Source: Sporopachydermia quercuum
Taxonomy: Eukaryota
NCBI GenBank assembly: GCA_001599295.1
Contig: BCGN01000008.1
Location: 992,001-1,056,000, forward strand
Reading direction: 5' to 3'
DNA length: 64,000 nucleotides
In this document: positions 1-11,300 of the stretch, piece after piece
How the letters are laid out: every line of letters starts with the position of its first letter
How positions within the stretch are numbered: position 1 is the first letter of the stretch
The notes under the pieces: generated by a model
Databases searched by the model: none
What the model was told of the DNA's origin: nothing
What the model saw: the letters and a program-made list of their open reading frames with translations, nothing else
Program-made: the position numbers and the translations under genes

Positions 1-17
1 AAACCTAATTTCGTTTT

Positions 18-90
18 CTCATCGCTTCCTTCTTCCCCGCGNTCTCCCAATAAAAACTGCTCACTTACAACGAAAAAGAAGTCAAAAATT
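18..90. promoter_or_regulatory. PAC (CTCATCGC) plus RRPE-like element, possibly serving a divergent gene left of the window
   Basis: CTCATCGC at 18..25 and TCAAAAATT at about 82..90. Confidence 0.45.
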
Positions 91-177
91 CTAAGCTCTA
101 TAGTTCAAATCCATCGTCCTCTACTCAATATTATGATAGAGAAACTAGCGTTACGGTTTCGAAAAAGTTTCATGACA

Positions 178-1042
178 ATGATCGATTTAAAGAATAAGGT
201 TGTACTTGTAACTGGAGGTTCAAGAGGACTGGGAGCAGAGATAGCTAAACAATTTGCACTAGAAGGAAGTAAGATTGCAATAAATTATGCTAATTCTGAG
301 GTCAGAGCTAAGGAGACTGTAGAAGAACTGAAAAAGTTGCATCCTGATGTTGAGATTGAGTTGATTCAAGGAGATATGTTCCAACCTGAAACACCTGATA
401 ATATAATACAGTCAGTGGTAAGGAGGTTTGGTACCATCGATGTTGTGATCAGCAACCATGGTTGGACTAAGATGGTTACCCATACAGATTTAGATTCTGT
501 TAATGATGAGTTATGGGATGGAGTATTTGATATGAACGTGAAATCACATTTTAAACTCTTCCGCGCCGCCAGACCTTATTTTGAGAATTCACCTGAAGGT
601 GGCTCATTCATTGTATCAGCATCTGTGGCAGGAATTGCTCTGAGAGGAAGTAGTATTCCATATTGCGTATCAAAAGCAGGATTGATACATATGGTGAAGC
701 TGTTAGCTAAGAGTTTTGCTCCTAAGTGTCGTGTTCATGCTGTTTGCCCGGGCATTCTGCTGACAGAGGTAAGTTTGGGTTAATGTCAACCGCTCACGGT
801 TTCAAAACATTTTTTGATNTTTTTGCTGCAATCCCAAATTGCTATTTACATGTCTTTACTAATATAAAATTCAGTGGGGATTACAATTTCCGGAAGATAG
901 GTTAAGAGATATGACCCAGTCGTCACCAATGAAGACAGCGACTGATATCCCTGAGACTGCATTACAGTATATCACGTTAGCCAAGTGTTCAACTTCCACT
1001 GGCTCAATTGTCAGTATTGATGCAGGTTTGAGTTTAGTATAG
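178..1042 (+). CDS. Classical short-chain dehydrogenase/reductase (FabG-like), 2 exons (178..768, 875..1042; start may be ATG 133, 172 or 178)
   Basis: TGGSRGLG Rossmann motif and YCVSK catalytic motif. Intron 769..874 (GTAAGT...TACTAAT...CAG) joins in frame to WGLQFP...SIDAGLSLV*. Confidence 0.92.
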
Positions 1043-1819
1043 GTATGTGACAAGATACTACTATGAAAGTAAGAATTGTCACTTACAATTAACATCGAAT
1101 CAGCATTTGAATATGATTTGGTTTTCATAGAACCTCTTCCACATGTTGAGATGTTGAGGTGTGTACATTACATGTGTTGAGAATTAGACCATGCAAGAAT
1201 AATACGTCTTCATGCGAAACTGAAACTCTAATTACTAAACTACCTTCTAGTAGGAGAGAAATTGAATGCGCTATACCGTTGCCTAAACGAAGCAATTATG
1301 AGTACGTTTGATATATTCAAAATAAGAATCTATACAGTTACTATTTTATTTTTTGCAACTTTATGATTCTATGCGCTCTTCTTTATTTTACTTCATTATT
1401 CTTACTGTTACCTGTGAAGCGATTGCAAACGTTAGGCATGTGAGCTTTGCATATCCCTACAGCCAATTGTATGTAATAACCTTAAGTTTAATTATCACCC
1501 CGAAAGTGAAAAAATCCAGAAAATGGTTACTTTTCATTTACATCTTACATTGCTAGTTGATAGTGCAAAGTAATCAGTTTATCGTACATTTGTTGTTTGC
1601 TTCTCCACGAAAAATTAAGAGTTATGTATTTGGAAAATATACATTTTGAAAATTAAATTTTCTGTCTATTAACAAAAGTAGAATAGAGATTGTAATTAAG
1701 CATTGATTTCAGTCTCCTTCTTATTGGATTCTGTCAGATACGATATTCGGCAATACAAAATTACTAAAAACCTATACCGGTCACACTAGGAGTAGATCGT
1801 TGAAATAATAATAATTACA

Positions 1820-2761
1820 ATGGCGTCTATATCAGGACAATCATTCACTACGAAAAGCAGTTTTAGTACTGATTATGCCGATGGTAGTCATGTTGTGAAT
1901 GTTAAGTTAAGATTAAATCTCAATGAACGTGAGATGGAAATGATCAGACGAACATGGACTCAAATGCTTAATGACGACGATACAGTAGCTTCCAGTTCGC
2001 AAAATTCTTCATATTCAGCAACACCTACAACATCAGCACCTACATCAAAAGTTTTCACAACAGCAAACTCATTATTTGTTCGCCAATTCTATGCTAACTT
2101 GTTATCCATGGATCCTGAGTTGGAAATCATGTTCCCCAGTATAAAAAGACAGGCTACATCGTTTGCGGGTGTTATGAGTACAGTAGTTGCACATTTAAGT
2201 AATGTTCAAATATTAGATGATTTTTTTGTTTCATTAGCATTAAGGCATTCTAGAATTCTTGGTATCGAAGTTCCTCATTATGAACTGATGGGCAAAGCAT
2301 TAATGAAAACATTCAGCGATAGATTTCAGGATGATTTTACTATTGAACTGGAAGAAGCTTGGATTAAAACATACTCATATGTTGCAAATAAACTACTGAT
2401 TGAAGGTCAAGATCCTTATCTACCTACAGTTTTGAGTAGGCAAGGACAGACTAATGCTATGGCCTCTAATGTTGTCAGAAGGGTTGATTCACATGTATCT
2501 CAACATTCGCAAATGTCAAGAATTAGTAGTGATTCCTCATCTATGATGACTGGAAGTATAAATACTGCATTATCTACTACTAACTCAAATACTGCTAATA
2601 TGTTTGCCAAGAGAACTACTTCTATATCAGGTGTTGACTCGAAACTGGGAACCAAATCGCACAACGGTGATAAAAGAATGCTGAACAACATGCTAAAAAA
2701 GAGCAAGGTTTCAGTCACTCGAGGTAAGCAGAGAACTAAAGAGGAATGTATTATTATGTAA
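1820..2761 (+). CDS. Single-domain globin-like heme protein (YNL234W-like) with Ser/Thr-rich linker and C-terminal CaaX motif CIIM
   Basis: Globin helices are recognisable: IRRTW (A), QFYANLL (TyrB10), IMFP (PheCD1), RQATSF (GlnE7), LALRH (HisF8), HYELMGKAL (G), EEAWIKTY (H). No FAD/NAD reductase domain. Confidence 0.88.
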   Translation: MASISGQSFTTKSSFSTDYADGSHVVNVKLRLNLNEREMEMIRRTWTQMLNDDDTVASSSQNSSYSATPTTSAPTSKVFTTANSLFVRQFYANLLSMDPELEIMFPSIKRQATSFAGVMSTVVAHLSNVQILDDFFVSLALRHSRILGIEVPHYELMGKALMKTFSDRFQDDFTIELEEAWIKTYSYVANKLLIEGQDPYLPTVLSRQGQTNAMASNVVRRVDSHVSQHSQMSRISSDSSSMMTGSINTALSTTNSNTANMFAKRTTSISGVDSKLGTKSHNGDKRMLNNMLKKSKVSVTRGKQRTKEECIIM

Positions 2762-3511
2762 GATGATACAACATCCGGGAGTAATTCATAGACATTATGA
2801 CGACTCATGATTCGTCTATTCATGAAAGAAAAAGAGCAGATAGAAGCTTTCTAGGTATGGGCAGTACGCTGGAGGAATTGTTCGAACTTTTGATTGGTGC
2901 TAAATGGAATAGAATTCACATTGCAGGCAAATGTGTTTCAAAATATATTATGTCATCACCGAAGGAACGTTTTTATCCGTTCATAATAGTTTTATTGATC
3001 TATTTGGATCAGATCTCGTTTCGGCCAAATAAAAGGTTATGTAATAGAAAATCATATATCACGTGAACCTAATAAGATTATTGACTTTGAATCGACTCGA
3101 TGTACATTTAAAATACCCATTCTGTTGTTTGCCGTTATTTGGATGATGAAATATGAACTGATTATCAGAAAAAAGGGTTCCAGCTTTAGATCTTACACTT
3201 AAATATCTCTCCAATATTGTAAATAATCTAATTAATTTTGTGACCTGCAATACATCAAAGATTACCTCCGAATCCCAACGTANTAATACACAACACTCTT
3301 ATTTCTTTCTCGCTCTCATTCTTATCCAATCAAAATTTTTATACTCCCTATAGGTGTTTCAAACTACAATTCCTATTTCAATTTGAAATATGCACTCAGT
3401 CTTTTTCTTTCTGTTTTACAACCAACAGTGCAGCTCATCGATAATATAAATAAAACTTTTNCATTCTAAAAAATTAATTCTTTCTCCAGTCCACCTAATT
3501 CACGGTTTCTC

Positions 3512-3642
3512 ACGCGTTATGCTTCCTAATTATTCTCGCGTCCCCAAACAGCACCAAAAGCTTATCCTCACTTTCCCCTTTTCGGGTTTTCCTTGCTATC
3601 AACCAAATTTAACTTTTTCTACTTGCATCTCCACACGCGAAA
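3512..3642. promoter_or_regulatory. MCB/SCB-like cell-cycle element cluster upstream of BNI4
   Basis: ACGCGT at 3512, TCGCGT at 3536 and ACGCGAAA at 3635 in AT-rich intergenic DNA. Confidence 0.55.
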
Positions 3643-4108
3643 CCTTATTTATTTAAACAGAAACGGGGGTGCTTCTCGACACTTCTCGATACTTCTCTTT
3701 CCAACACCTGAGAACTACTGTCTAAAATAAACAAATACATTCTAAGAAAAGTAGGAATTGATAGTTGTGCATAATTGGTATGGGACTTAGAAGAATAATA
3801 ATGCTGGTAGGGTACAATTGTAGTGGTATTTGTAGCATCGGATTTGTTTAACTTAATTGGATATTTTCACGAAGTAGAGTAGCACTGAACTTCAGTAGAG
3901 AGGCAGACAGAGGTTATTGTTCTCTAATAATATCTAGACAAAGGTGGCTATTGCTGTGGTGTACTACACGATCAATCAATCAGACAGTAAATATTTAATC
4001 ACGAAGNTTTTGGTAAAGAAATTTTTTGGAGTTTTTGGATTATTTATTCATAGATTGATAGAGATACAGCATAATCGTATCAATAATAATATTGATACAA
4101 TCTAAACT

Positions 4109-6622
4109 ATGGAACAAGGTCATTCTGCTATTAGACAGAAGCCAAAGCCTGCTCCAATACACATTCCATCATTACCAGGAGTTACGTGCAAAGAACCACC
4201 AAATCTGAAACCTGGTACTCATAATCATTCACATACATTTTCAGCTCATTCAGTTTCTACTGTTGAATCAACTATCTCCTCAAATACAAGTCATCTGGAA
4301 GAAGTTGGCTCAGTGAACACATCGCCAGATCAATCAGTAGGCATCAACGAAGCTAGTGATTTTAATTTCAAATCAGCTACAGAATCTTTGACCACTGCAG
4401 CAACAAGTCTGAATTTAACCCTGAATCGTACTATTAAGACTGAAAACTACTGTGTTTATTATCAGAAAGCCGATCCTAAGAATAGCCACCAAATGTCATA
4501 TCCAAGTGGAGAGAGTACTAATGATAGTACAGTTAGTCGTATACTAAATGAAGAGGTTCCACTAACTCCAAGTACTGTTGAGGCAACCAATGATTTGATG
4601 CCGCATACTACTGGTTTTGATAAGGAAAAAAAGAATGAACAAGCAAATGAAAATGTGAAAGAGATTCTTAATGGCAGTAGTGGAAATGGCAACAATAATA
4701 ATGACANTGTCAGTGCTAACGGAAAAGAGCATAGTGCAGCTAATAAAGAAAATACTACTGCAGAGCCATCATCTCCCGGCAGTGCAATGTCTTATAACGT
4801 GATCTCTCAGTCATCTTCCTTCAATTCAATTCTTCCTTCTCCTAATGTAGAAGATATGATATCTGACAAAGCAAGTTTACTCAAACTTAGGGAGAGACCT
4901 GGTGCGCATTCTGTTAGTGGCATAGGAAATAACAGTACAACTAGCACTATTACAAATCGCACTATTGACACTACCACCAATAATAGCAGTAGTGCTGCTG
5001 CTTCTGCTTCTACTCCAAATGAATCTTCTTTCTCGTTCAGTCAGCATGGCACTGAGAATAAGCAAGACATCGAAGCGATTAGTGTTGTGTCTGCCTCTAC
5101 GTCATCTACCGGCTCCAGCAGTCAAAACTATAGAAGTATGCTTCCAGCTGCTCTCGATCGTAAAAGGAAACCTCCAGTATCATCAATTTCGGACTCCCCT
5201 GTGACAAGCTCTGCTGCAGCAAGTTATGCATCTCCTTCAAGTTCTTTTGCAGATCATTCAAGTACACCGACAACAGCTCCATCTGTTACCGGCTCTAAGC
5301 AAAAATCAAGTACCAAATCAAAGCTCTCAGGTGGGAGGCTGAAAAATATATTCAGGAAGAGACAGTCTTTTTCATCAGATTCGCTCCACACTGCATCAAC
5401 ACCTTCAATCCCTCATTCAATGAGCATTAATTCAATTTCTTCTTTCTATACAGCAGAGGAGATCAACGAGGCATTGACGCCAAATCTCGGTAAAGCAGAT
5501 CCAACCACGTTTTTCCAATCGCCTTTCTCCGATTCCTCTTCCATGGTGGATGCTTCAGTTCAACAATATAAATCAAATGCTGGGAGTGCTCATTCGCAAA
5601 CAGATAAGAGTGCAGTGACATCACCGAAACCAAAGACCTCAACTCCTAAAGAGAGAGCAAAATCCAAATTCAAGTTGCTTTCGAGAAAGTCACCTTCTTC
5701 ACTGTCAAGTGGTTCAATATCCATTTCTAGCCCTACGTTAATTTACCATCAACACTCAATACCGGTATCACCTACTAGGCCAGTTGGACCATCGTCAGTA
5801 ACCACCGGAGGATCTGAATCCTACCATGACGATAGTCACAGCCTGCATACTGTTAATAGTGCTGCCAGTGACACCAAATTTCCATCTTTTTTGAGGGAAG
5901 GCGGACCCTTGGATATCAACGCCATGAATACGATATTAGATAAGCCTAAATCACCTTTAATTCAAGCTAGNAGGCGTATGATTGGCTCAGACAATGATAA
6001 AATCGGATTCACTACAATTGCGAGTTCTATTCCAAGTACGCCTAAGTCGAATGGATCTCATAAATCCATTTTGAAGAATTCATATTACAGAAAGAATAGT
6101 CAAGATAGTGATGAGGATATTTCCGAATTTGCAGAATCGTTTATTTCCTTTGAAGATTCCAATCTTGATTTCTCGTTGGATCTGTCATTTGATTTGGATC
6201 TTGGTGATAGTGGTAATAAAACTAGTATGAATAGTGATACGAAGGACAGCTTTAGCGGCCAGAAAAAAGCTCCTGGTATTACATTTTTCTCTGATCCTAC
6301 TTCTGCTACTAATTTCAACACCAACAGCAACTCAACTGTTGGTAAGTCTATTGATGACAAAATACTGTCTCCTACGCTGATTGACCAAATACCGTTAAAC
6401 ATATCAAGTACATCATTATCTGCTCATGCTGGTGTTTCCTTTTCTTCCAAAGTGTTGCTATATGAGACATGGCCTACTGAGCTCTACGATAGAAAACCAG
6501 GACCTGCAACTTGTAATATGTTGACTCCAATGCTGGCCCAGGAAATCAAACATGAACTGAACATGCTTAAACTTGAAATGGCTGTCCACGAAGATTCTCG
6601 TGTATACACCCATTTCTTTTAA
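4109..6622 (+). CDS. BNI4: Bud-neck PP1(Glc7)-targeting protein Bni4-like
   Basis: Long Ser-rich disordered body. C-terminus GVSFSSKVLLYETW...YDRK...TCNMLTPMLAQEIKHELN..K.EMAVHEDSRVYTHFF has a VxF motif and a phactr-like tail. Confidence 0.8.
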   Translation: MEQGHSAIRQKPKPAPIHIPSLPGVTCKEPPNLKPGTHNHSHTFSAHSVSTVESTISSNTSHLEEVGSVNTSPDQSVGINEASDFNFKSATESLTTAATSLNLTLNRTIKTENYCVYYQKADPKNSHQMSYPSGESTNDSTVSRILNEEVPLTPSTVEATNDLMPHTTGFDKEKKNEQANENVKEILNGSSGNGNNNNDXVSANGKEHSAANKENTTAEPSSPGSAMSYNVISQSSSFNSILPSPNVEDMISDKASLLKLRERPGAHSVSGIGNNSTTSTITNRTIDTTTNNSSSAAASASTPNESSFSFSQHGTENKQDIEAISVVSASTSSTGSSSQNYRSMLPAALDRKRKPPVSSISDSPVTSSAAASYASPSSSFADHSSTPTTAPSVTGSKQKSSTKSKLSGGRLKNIFRKRQSFSSDSLHTASTPSIPHSMSINSISSFYTAEEINEALTPNLGKADPTTFFQSPFSDSSSMVDASVQQYKSNAGSAHSQTDKSAVTSPKPKTSTPKERAKSKFKLLSRKSPSSLSSGSISISSPTLIYHQHSIPVSPTRPVGPSSVTTGGSESYHDDSHSLHTVNSAASDTKFPSFLREGGPLDINAMNTILDKPKSPLIQAXRRMIGSDNDKIGFTTIASSIPSTPKSNGSHKSILKNSYYRKNSQDSDEDISEFAESFISFEDSNLDFSLDLSFDLDLGDSGNKTSMNSDTKDSFSGQKKAPGITFFSDPTSATNFNTNSNSTVGKSIDDKILSPTLIDQIPLNISSTSLSAHAGVSFSSKVLLYETWPTELYDRKPGPATCNMLTPMLAQEIKHELNMLKLEMAVHEDSRVYTHFF

Positions 6623-7576
6623 AGCAAATAAGATACGAGCAAGGGATTGCGTAAGAAATAACAGGAATGTCTGATAATTAAGAAAGAAACGGGTTTCTAT
6701 ATGACTGTGAATGATGTGGACCATAGGAAAGATGAGTCTCGAGGAGGCTGGGAATGAATGGTCATATTTAAGAGGGTAATTTTTGAATTAATTTATGTAA
6801 TTATAGTAATAAGAATCTATTTGATAACCTGCCGCTGAAGATGGAAACAGCATATACTAAGCTCCCGCTCAGTCCCGTCCCTTAAGAGAATCTAGCTCGT
6901 TCTTGATAGACCCTTTACATTGGAGTTGAGAATTCTCTGCATGAGCTTGCATTCACTAGTGAACTTTACTGCGAAAGGTCTAGGATACAATTTTGGTGCC
7001 TGAAGTTGCCCCTGTTTCAACTAATGCACCTATCTGAGCCTCAATAAGTGAAGCAAAAAATGTGAAAATTGGAAGCAGTGGGTTATTGTATAATGATGGT
7101 GTCATTGGTACGTGAATTCGTAGGGTACCAGAAATAGAAGTGTCATGTTATCGGAAACTAACTACCAACAGCCTAATGAGCAACGTGCGTACTATGTAGC
7201 TATTTCTCTTTTACCGTCATTGTGATTTCTACATTTCTACCTTCCAAAATCATTAGGCAGATGACAACCCAGTTGCATTGTATCTAATGACTCAAATTTC
7301 ACGGAACTTATCCTAGTCAGATAAGTCATCAGGTTAAATAACTAGTATCCACCAGACCCTTACAGTCAACATTGTTCACCATTGATGAATCCTTTATTGA
7401 ATTAAGAATTTCGTATGCCAAATGCCGAACTAAATCCATTTCACCCTCAATTGTACGAAATACAATTCAACCTTTCTAAATATATTATTTACCTCTTATA
7501 CCAAATTCTCTTCTTATTCCATTTTCTTCCTTAACTTCATGGAAAACTTCCATTTTCAATTTCATCTTAGCCCTCG

Positions 7577-7679
7577 ACGCGAAACTTACGCGTCCTTTCA
7601 TCTCGTATTACCATTTACGGTAATATCTCTTCCAACCTTAGAGGCAAGATATCCCTACAAACTTTTCAAATTACGCGAA
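7577..7679. promoter_or_regulatory. MCB/SCB-like elements upstream of BUD2
   Basis: ACGCGAAA at 7577, ACGCGT at 7588 and ACGCGAA at 7673. Confidence 0.5.
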
Positions 7680-8387
7680 TTATTGAATTAGTACTGAGAA
7701 AGGTAATAGTAGTCTTAGCCGAAAATTTAATACTTTTACTGATTTAAATGACAGGTTGGTCATAAAAAATCAATTTCTATTCTTATTTAGGTGGGTTCCC
7801 AGACCCTGTTTTCTTCTCTGTTTCCCTCTTTATAGTCAGTGTTGTTGAGGGTAGTGTATCAGATCAGGTTCTTAATATGCAGTAAGTAAATCTAAGTAGG
7901 TAGCATAATAAGTACGAGTTCCTTTATTACAATATAATTCATTATTTTTCTTTTATTATCATGGTTGATTCGAAGACTTAATTCTGATTCTAATTAATTT
8001 GTAAACATTCAGTAGTTAAAAGAGTCACATTAGTCACATTCTATAATGCAATATTATGCTGAGAGAAGGTCGTTCGTTTATTTATTCTGTTCGCATGATA
8101 CCTTCATACATTTTAAAGGCTCAGTCAACCATCTGAGAAATATTTGTCATTTGTCATTTGTCATTCGTTAATTGATATTCATTTTTCAAGGCCAAGATTG
8201 AAGAGAAAGTGAATTAATCGAAGGAAAGGGAACTAACTTGCTAACACCGGCGTGCTTCATACTAAGCATTGTAATTTCACCGAGAAAGAAGACATCGATT
8301 ACCGAAGACAAGAGAGGTTCAGAAACAGCTTATTTATTCTCATTACAATTATCGCTTAAATGCTCTTTTTCTTTCAACACAAGAATC

Positions 8388-11300
8388 ATGAACCCTTTTT
8401 CTAAAAGGATATTATCAGGGAAGAAATCCATTTCCTCCATATTTTCCAGCTCCAGTACCAAAAATAATGAACTGAATGATCTATTGCTAACCAAGACTCT
8501 CACTGATCATATCTCTGATTCTTCAAACATCTATTTGAAAGGAAATGTAGATTGGATGTATCCTGTATCAAAAGATGGAACAATATGGAATTCGAATACT
8601 CTGGAAATCACAAGAAATGGAGCCCTGATTGTCTCNAATGATGATTCCTCCTTATCATTGACCGTCACCAACATTAGTAGTAGCAATGAGTCAACTAGTT
8701 CAATCAACACGACATCTAGAAGTCAGAAAATTCACACTAATCCGAAAACAGTTATAGTCGATTATTTACAGTCGTCATTGATTTTCATTAAAACTAATAA
8801 TATGACCATTCACATTAGTCCTATTCGTGGTAAACCAGTTGTTCTGTCAATCAAATCAAAGGAGAGTTTTGCTACATGGTGTTATGGGCTGATTGCTTGG
8901 TCGAGGTTGAGATCAGGTGGATTATCTTCCAAATTCTATTTAAGAGCTCCAAAGAGGACAGATGATAAAGGAACACTTCTAGTATGTCATTTAAAGGCTT
9001 TAACAGTGTCTGCCTCAACTCACTCAACGGAGTCTTCTTCATGGTTCTCCTGTTTAGCAGTTTTGCTGAAAAACGGTACTATTCAATTGCTACAAGAATC
9101 TTCCGGCAACATATTATACGAAATTCATACAACTTCATTGCTACGGCAAGAGATTTTTTCCTTGGGTAAAAATAACATTTTATACCTTGGAATTAACCCT
9201 GATCTGAGACAATCTTTCCCGGGGTTGATTATACCTACTGCTCCACAGGAAGTATTTGTACCCAGAGGAAAAACGTCCAGTACAAGCAATGGCTCATCAC
9301 TATCGACACTAACATCTTCACCTTCGTCGTCTCACTTAGGCTCATCCTCACATTCCTCGTCTTCACAGCCTCAAACTGTGAAACTACTCTTCTCGCTACC
9401 GATTGACCTTGAAGATTGGCTGCTCTCTTTACATAGTTTTGCCCTGGCTGTAAGCACAGGACCATCCTATCAACAGCCAGAATCTTCTTTATCACCAGTG
9501 TCAAATCTAGAGCTCGACATCATAAACTTCGAACTAGAACAAGACTTTCTTACCGATAGCCCAGACCTGCATTATTATTACCTTGAGTTAGTATCAGGCA
9601 TACTACTTCTGGGCCGTACGGGTGTCGTAGCAACAGAACAGCAAGTTAAAGTAAATTCTGTGTTTTATAAAGAAGAATTCATATATGAGGCATTACCTTC
9701 GGCAAAAGGCTTAGCAATAAGAGTCAAGAAGGCTTTTGGCCCTCGTTATAGTGTTGATGATTCTGTTATAGGTGAACTACTATTAGACTTATCTCAGCTT
9801 CAATCATCAAATGCTTTAGAGGAATGGTACCCAGTGAAAGCTATTAATCCTGTAAATGGTNTAATTGGCCATCTATTACTGCGAGGAGATTTATTCACCA
9901 TCAACGTTTTAGCACCAGCTCACTATTCTTACCTGCAAGGACTACTAAGCAAACAAATTCCTTTCAGTTTCATCAGCCGTCTATCGCAATCAGAGAACCT
10001 TCAGTCAACTAGTAAAATCCTCCTGGAAATATTCATTTCCCTGAACAATCAACAGCAATGGATTTCCAGACTTATGGACTATGAATTAAAAGACGTCTTG
10101 AACTACGTAAACACGCTATCCCCCAGCAAGAAGAAAAACCTGAATAACGGCTCCAGCAGCTTGTTACCTGACATATCTGTATACAATACTGCCTTCAGAG
10201 GAAACTCACTGTTCTCCAAAACAGTTGAGCTCTATTGCTTCAAAATTGGTAAAGATTATCTAGACAAAGTCATTGGCAAGTCTATTAGGAAAATCGTCCG
10301 AGAGAATATCGATTGTGAAATTGATCCTTCAAGAACTGATGAAGCATTATTGAAGGAAAATCAGATAAGACTGAAGAATTATATGGAGCGGCTATGGAAA
10401 AACATTCGTGACACAACGAATGAGCTCCCTACAGAGCTTAGGATTCTTTTCTCCGAATTTCGGATCAAAATTGCTCGAATAGTCGATCCTGATTACCCAG
10501 AAAACGCTAGACTGAAAGTTATATACAATGCTATCACGGGGTTCTTATTTCTACGGTATTTCTGTCCTGCGATACTGAATCCCAAGTTGTTTGAACTATT
10601 AGAAATTCATCCAAACTTGAGAGTAAAACGAACGTTGACACTGTTAGCAAAGATACTTCAAACGTTCGCTAATCGTACGCTGTTTGCTAGGAAAGAAGCG
10701 TATATGTTACCTTTTAATGAGTTATTACAGGAGAAATCGTCAGAAATGATCGACTATTTAGATCAAATTACTTGTATTGAGAGAAATGGTGACAAGAATG
10801 TTGAAATGAATGAGACTAGTGATTTGGATCTGGATATGGGTTTATTTTCAATGAAGTATGATAATCGGGAACAGGATAAAGGAAATAGTAGAACTACCAC
10901 TGCAAACACCTCGACTGCTGACGATACAGCGATGACATCTAGTGATAAGGTACCGAGACCCAAGTTGCATATACCAAACGAGTTGCTCAAAGAATTACCA
11001 ACGATTCCTTATTTCATTGACAGAAATCTTCGTTATGCTCTATTAGTTAAAAATTTCACGCCAGCACAACTTGTAAGCGATGGTTCTAACGTTAGTATTA
11101 CCAATATTAACTCTAATACAGATAAGAGTACTACCGACACCACTAGCAATAAAACCAACACCAGTACTACAATTAATGCTAATAATAAGGAGAATAAGGA
11201 TAATAGCAAAGATATTAACAATGATAAGGGCACCACTGCTCTTATCAAGTCTAAAGGTAATGCTTCCCTCGCTATAGCAAACTCAACTTCAGATATTCGC

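Noticed and set aside
761..768. CTG codon reassignment (CUG-Ser/Ala clade)
   Set aside because: CTG falls at positions where Leu fits, e.g. SDR GILLTE; only spot-checked.
3058..3140. CDEI-like ATCACGTG followed by TGTTGTTTGCCG as a point centromere
   Set aside because: Spacer is not >90% AT, the CDEIII match is poor, and the lineage is unlikely to have point centromeres.
8238..8387. Non-ATG N-terminal extensions in the ORF track (BUD2, NUP116, USO1, ELP1, ATP10, DPH5)
   Set aside because: Non-ATG starts from the ORF caller; conserved-looking sequence begins at the downstream ATG.
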